NCBI RefSeq assembly: GCF_040938485.1
Contig: NW_027272270.1
Location: 124,001-188,000, forward strand
Reading direction: 5' to 3'
From: Diadema antillarum
Lineage: Eukaryota
Length of the DNA stretch: 64,000 nt
The stretch's first letter is position 1; every line of letters begins with the position of its first letter. Positions 63,601-64,000 of the stretch are shown here, piece after piece. The translations under genes were made by a program, and so were the position numbers. The notes beneath the pieces were generated by a model, which was not told the origin of the DNA, did not search any database, and saw only the letters and a program-made list of their open reading frames with translations.

Positions 63601-64000
63601 GACGATCACACGAGATATGCCCCGATAAGTACGAACGTTATGTGAATGTTATCATATCCAGTAGCCTATAAGTGTGAATATGTTTTATTTCTGAATTCAG
63701 CATGTGTAGCGATCGACGTATTTGTGCGACAGGTTGGATACCGTTGTGCTACCTGCCCAGTGTACATAGTAAAACATTACTGAAGTATAAATGAATAAAC
63801 CAATTTGAAAAGAATGGCAGAAAATTGACTTTCTATGCATAATTCATCACTCTTATAGATTTTGGATCGTAGATAAATTATGATTCCAAGAAGTGTCAAC
63901 GTTTATTTTATCCCCTTTTGCTGGACAGTCGGTCGACTTTTTGCAGCTTATGATCGATGCACAATCCTCTGACAAGGGAAAAGTAACCGAAACGAAAGAC
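54605..64000 (+). CDS. Cytochrome P450, clan 3 (CYP3A/TBXAS1-like), 5' part (exons 1-9), continuing beyond the window
   Basis: Exons 54605-54690, 56211-56301, 56988-57040, 57980-58076, 58565-58681, 59634-59722, 60721-60869, 62982-63124, 63929->64000. N-terminal TM anchor, PALPIIG, KKYGRVYG, GDPDMLRLIMVKNFSNFHNR, helix-C WREVRNLLTPTFSAAKMR, MDVIGSCAFG, DFLQLMIDA. Intron phases 2,0,2,0,0,2,1,0 and exon sizes of 53, 89 and 149 nt match the vertebrate CYP3A architecture as I recall it. The heme motif lies outside the window. Confidence 0.92.
55258..55419. mobile_element. GGCGGATCC-TIR MITE, copy 2 (opposite orientation)
   Basis: CAGGGGCGGATCCAGGAATTCCGTAAAGGGG…GATCCGCCACTG, flanked by TTTGG/TGTGG. 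Confidence 0.75.
55981..56130 (-). mobile_element. Degenerate tRNA-derived CORE-like SINE
   Basis: Minus strand reads TAGTGG…GAGTTCGAATTC (B box), then CTCGGGCAAG…GACCCAGGTGTGTAAGTGGGTA. Confidence 0.55.
58695..59010. repeat. Compound (GACACA)n microsatellite in CYP intron 5
   Basis: Direct inspection; this is the source of the poly-DT/HR/VS ORFs. Confidence 0.95.
61746..62422 (-). repeat. Inverted copy of the ~165-bp tandem array (CYP intron 7)
   Basis: Four motif copies; its reverse complement aligns unit by unit with about 34280-34948. Confidence 0.9.
63195..63285. repeat. Compound (AAATGT)n(AGATAT)n(AGAGAT)n microsatellite
   Basis: Direct inspection. Confidence 0.9.

Overview
Eukaryotic, intron-rich, AT-rich genomic DNA with four short N gaps. 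It is most likely a deuterostome invertebrate, probably a sea-urchin-like echinoderm; this is inferred from repeat types and gene structures and is not proven. Five protein-coding genes can be reconstructed with GT-AG introns and consistent phases: (1) DHODH on the minus strand, 9 exons, 393 aa; (2) a single-coding-exon ACP5/TRAP purple acid phosphatase, head-to-head with DHODH; (3,4) two tandem FMN-dependent 2-hydroxyacid oxidase (HAO-like) paralogues, 9 exons each, both ending in a peroxisomal PTS1; (5) a clan-3 (CYP3A-like) cytochrome P450 whose exons 1-9 run off the right edge. The rest is introns and intergenic DNA full of non-autonomous DNA transposons (TA-, TTAA- and 5-bp-TSD MITEs), satellite-carrying elements, two tRNA-derived SINEs, microsatellites and local duplications. 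No rRNA, true tRNA or CRISPR array. Most short ORFs in the supplied track are repeat artefacts. No clearly novel system is demonstrable from sequence alone. The best leads are the remodelled substrate pockets of the two HAO paralogues, the intronless ACP5 sharing the DHODH promoter, a 99-bp conserved island inside a decayed duplication, and an RFX-box-carrying repeat array.
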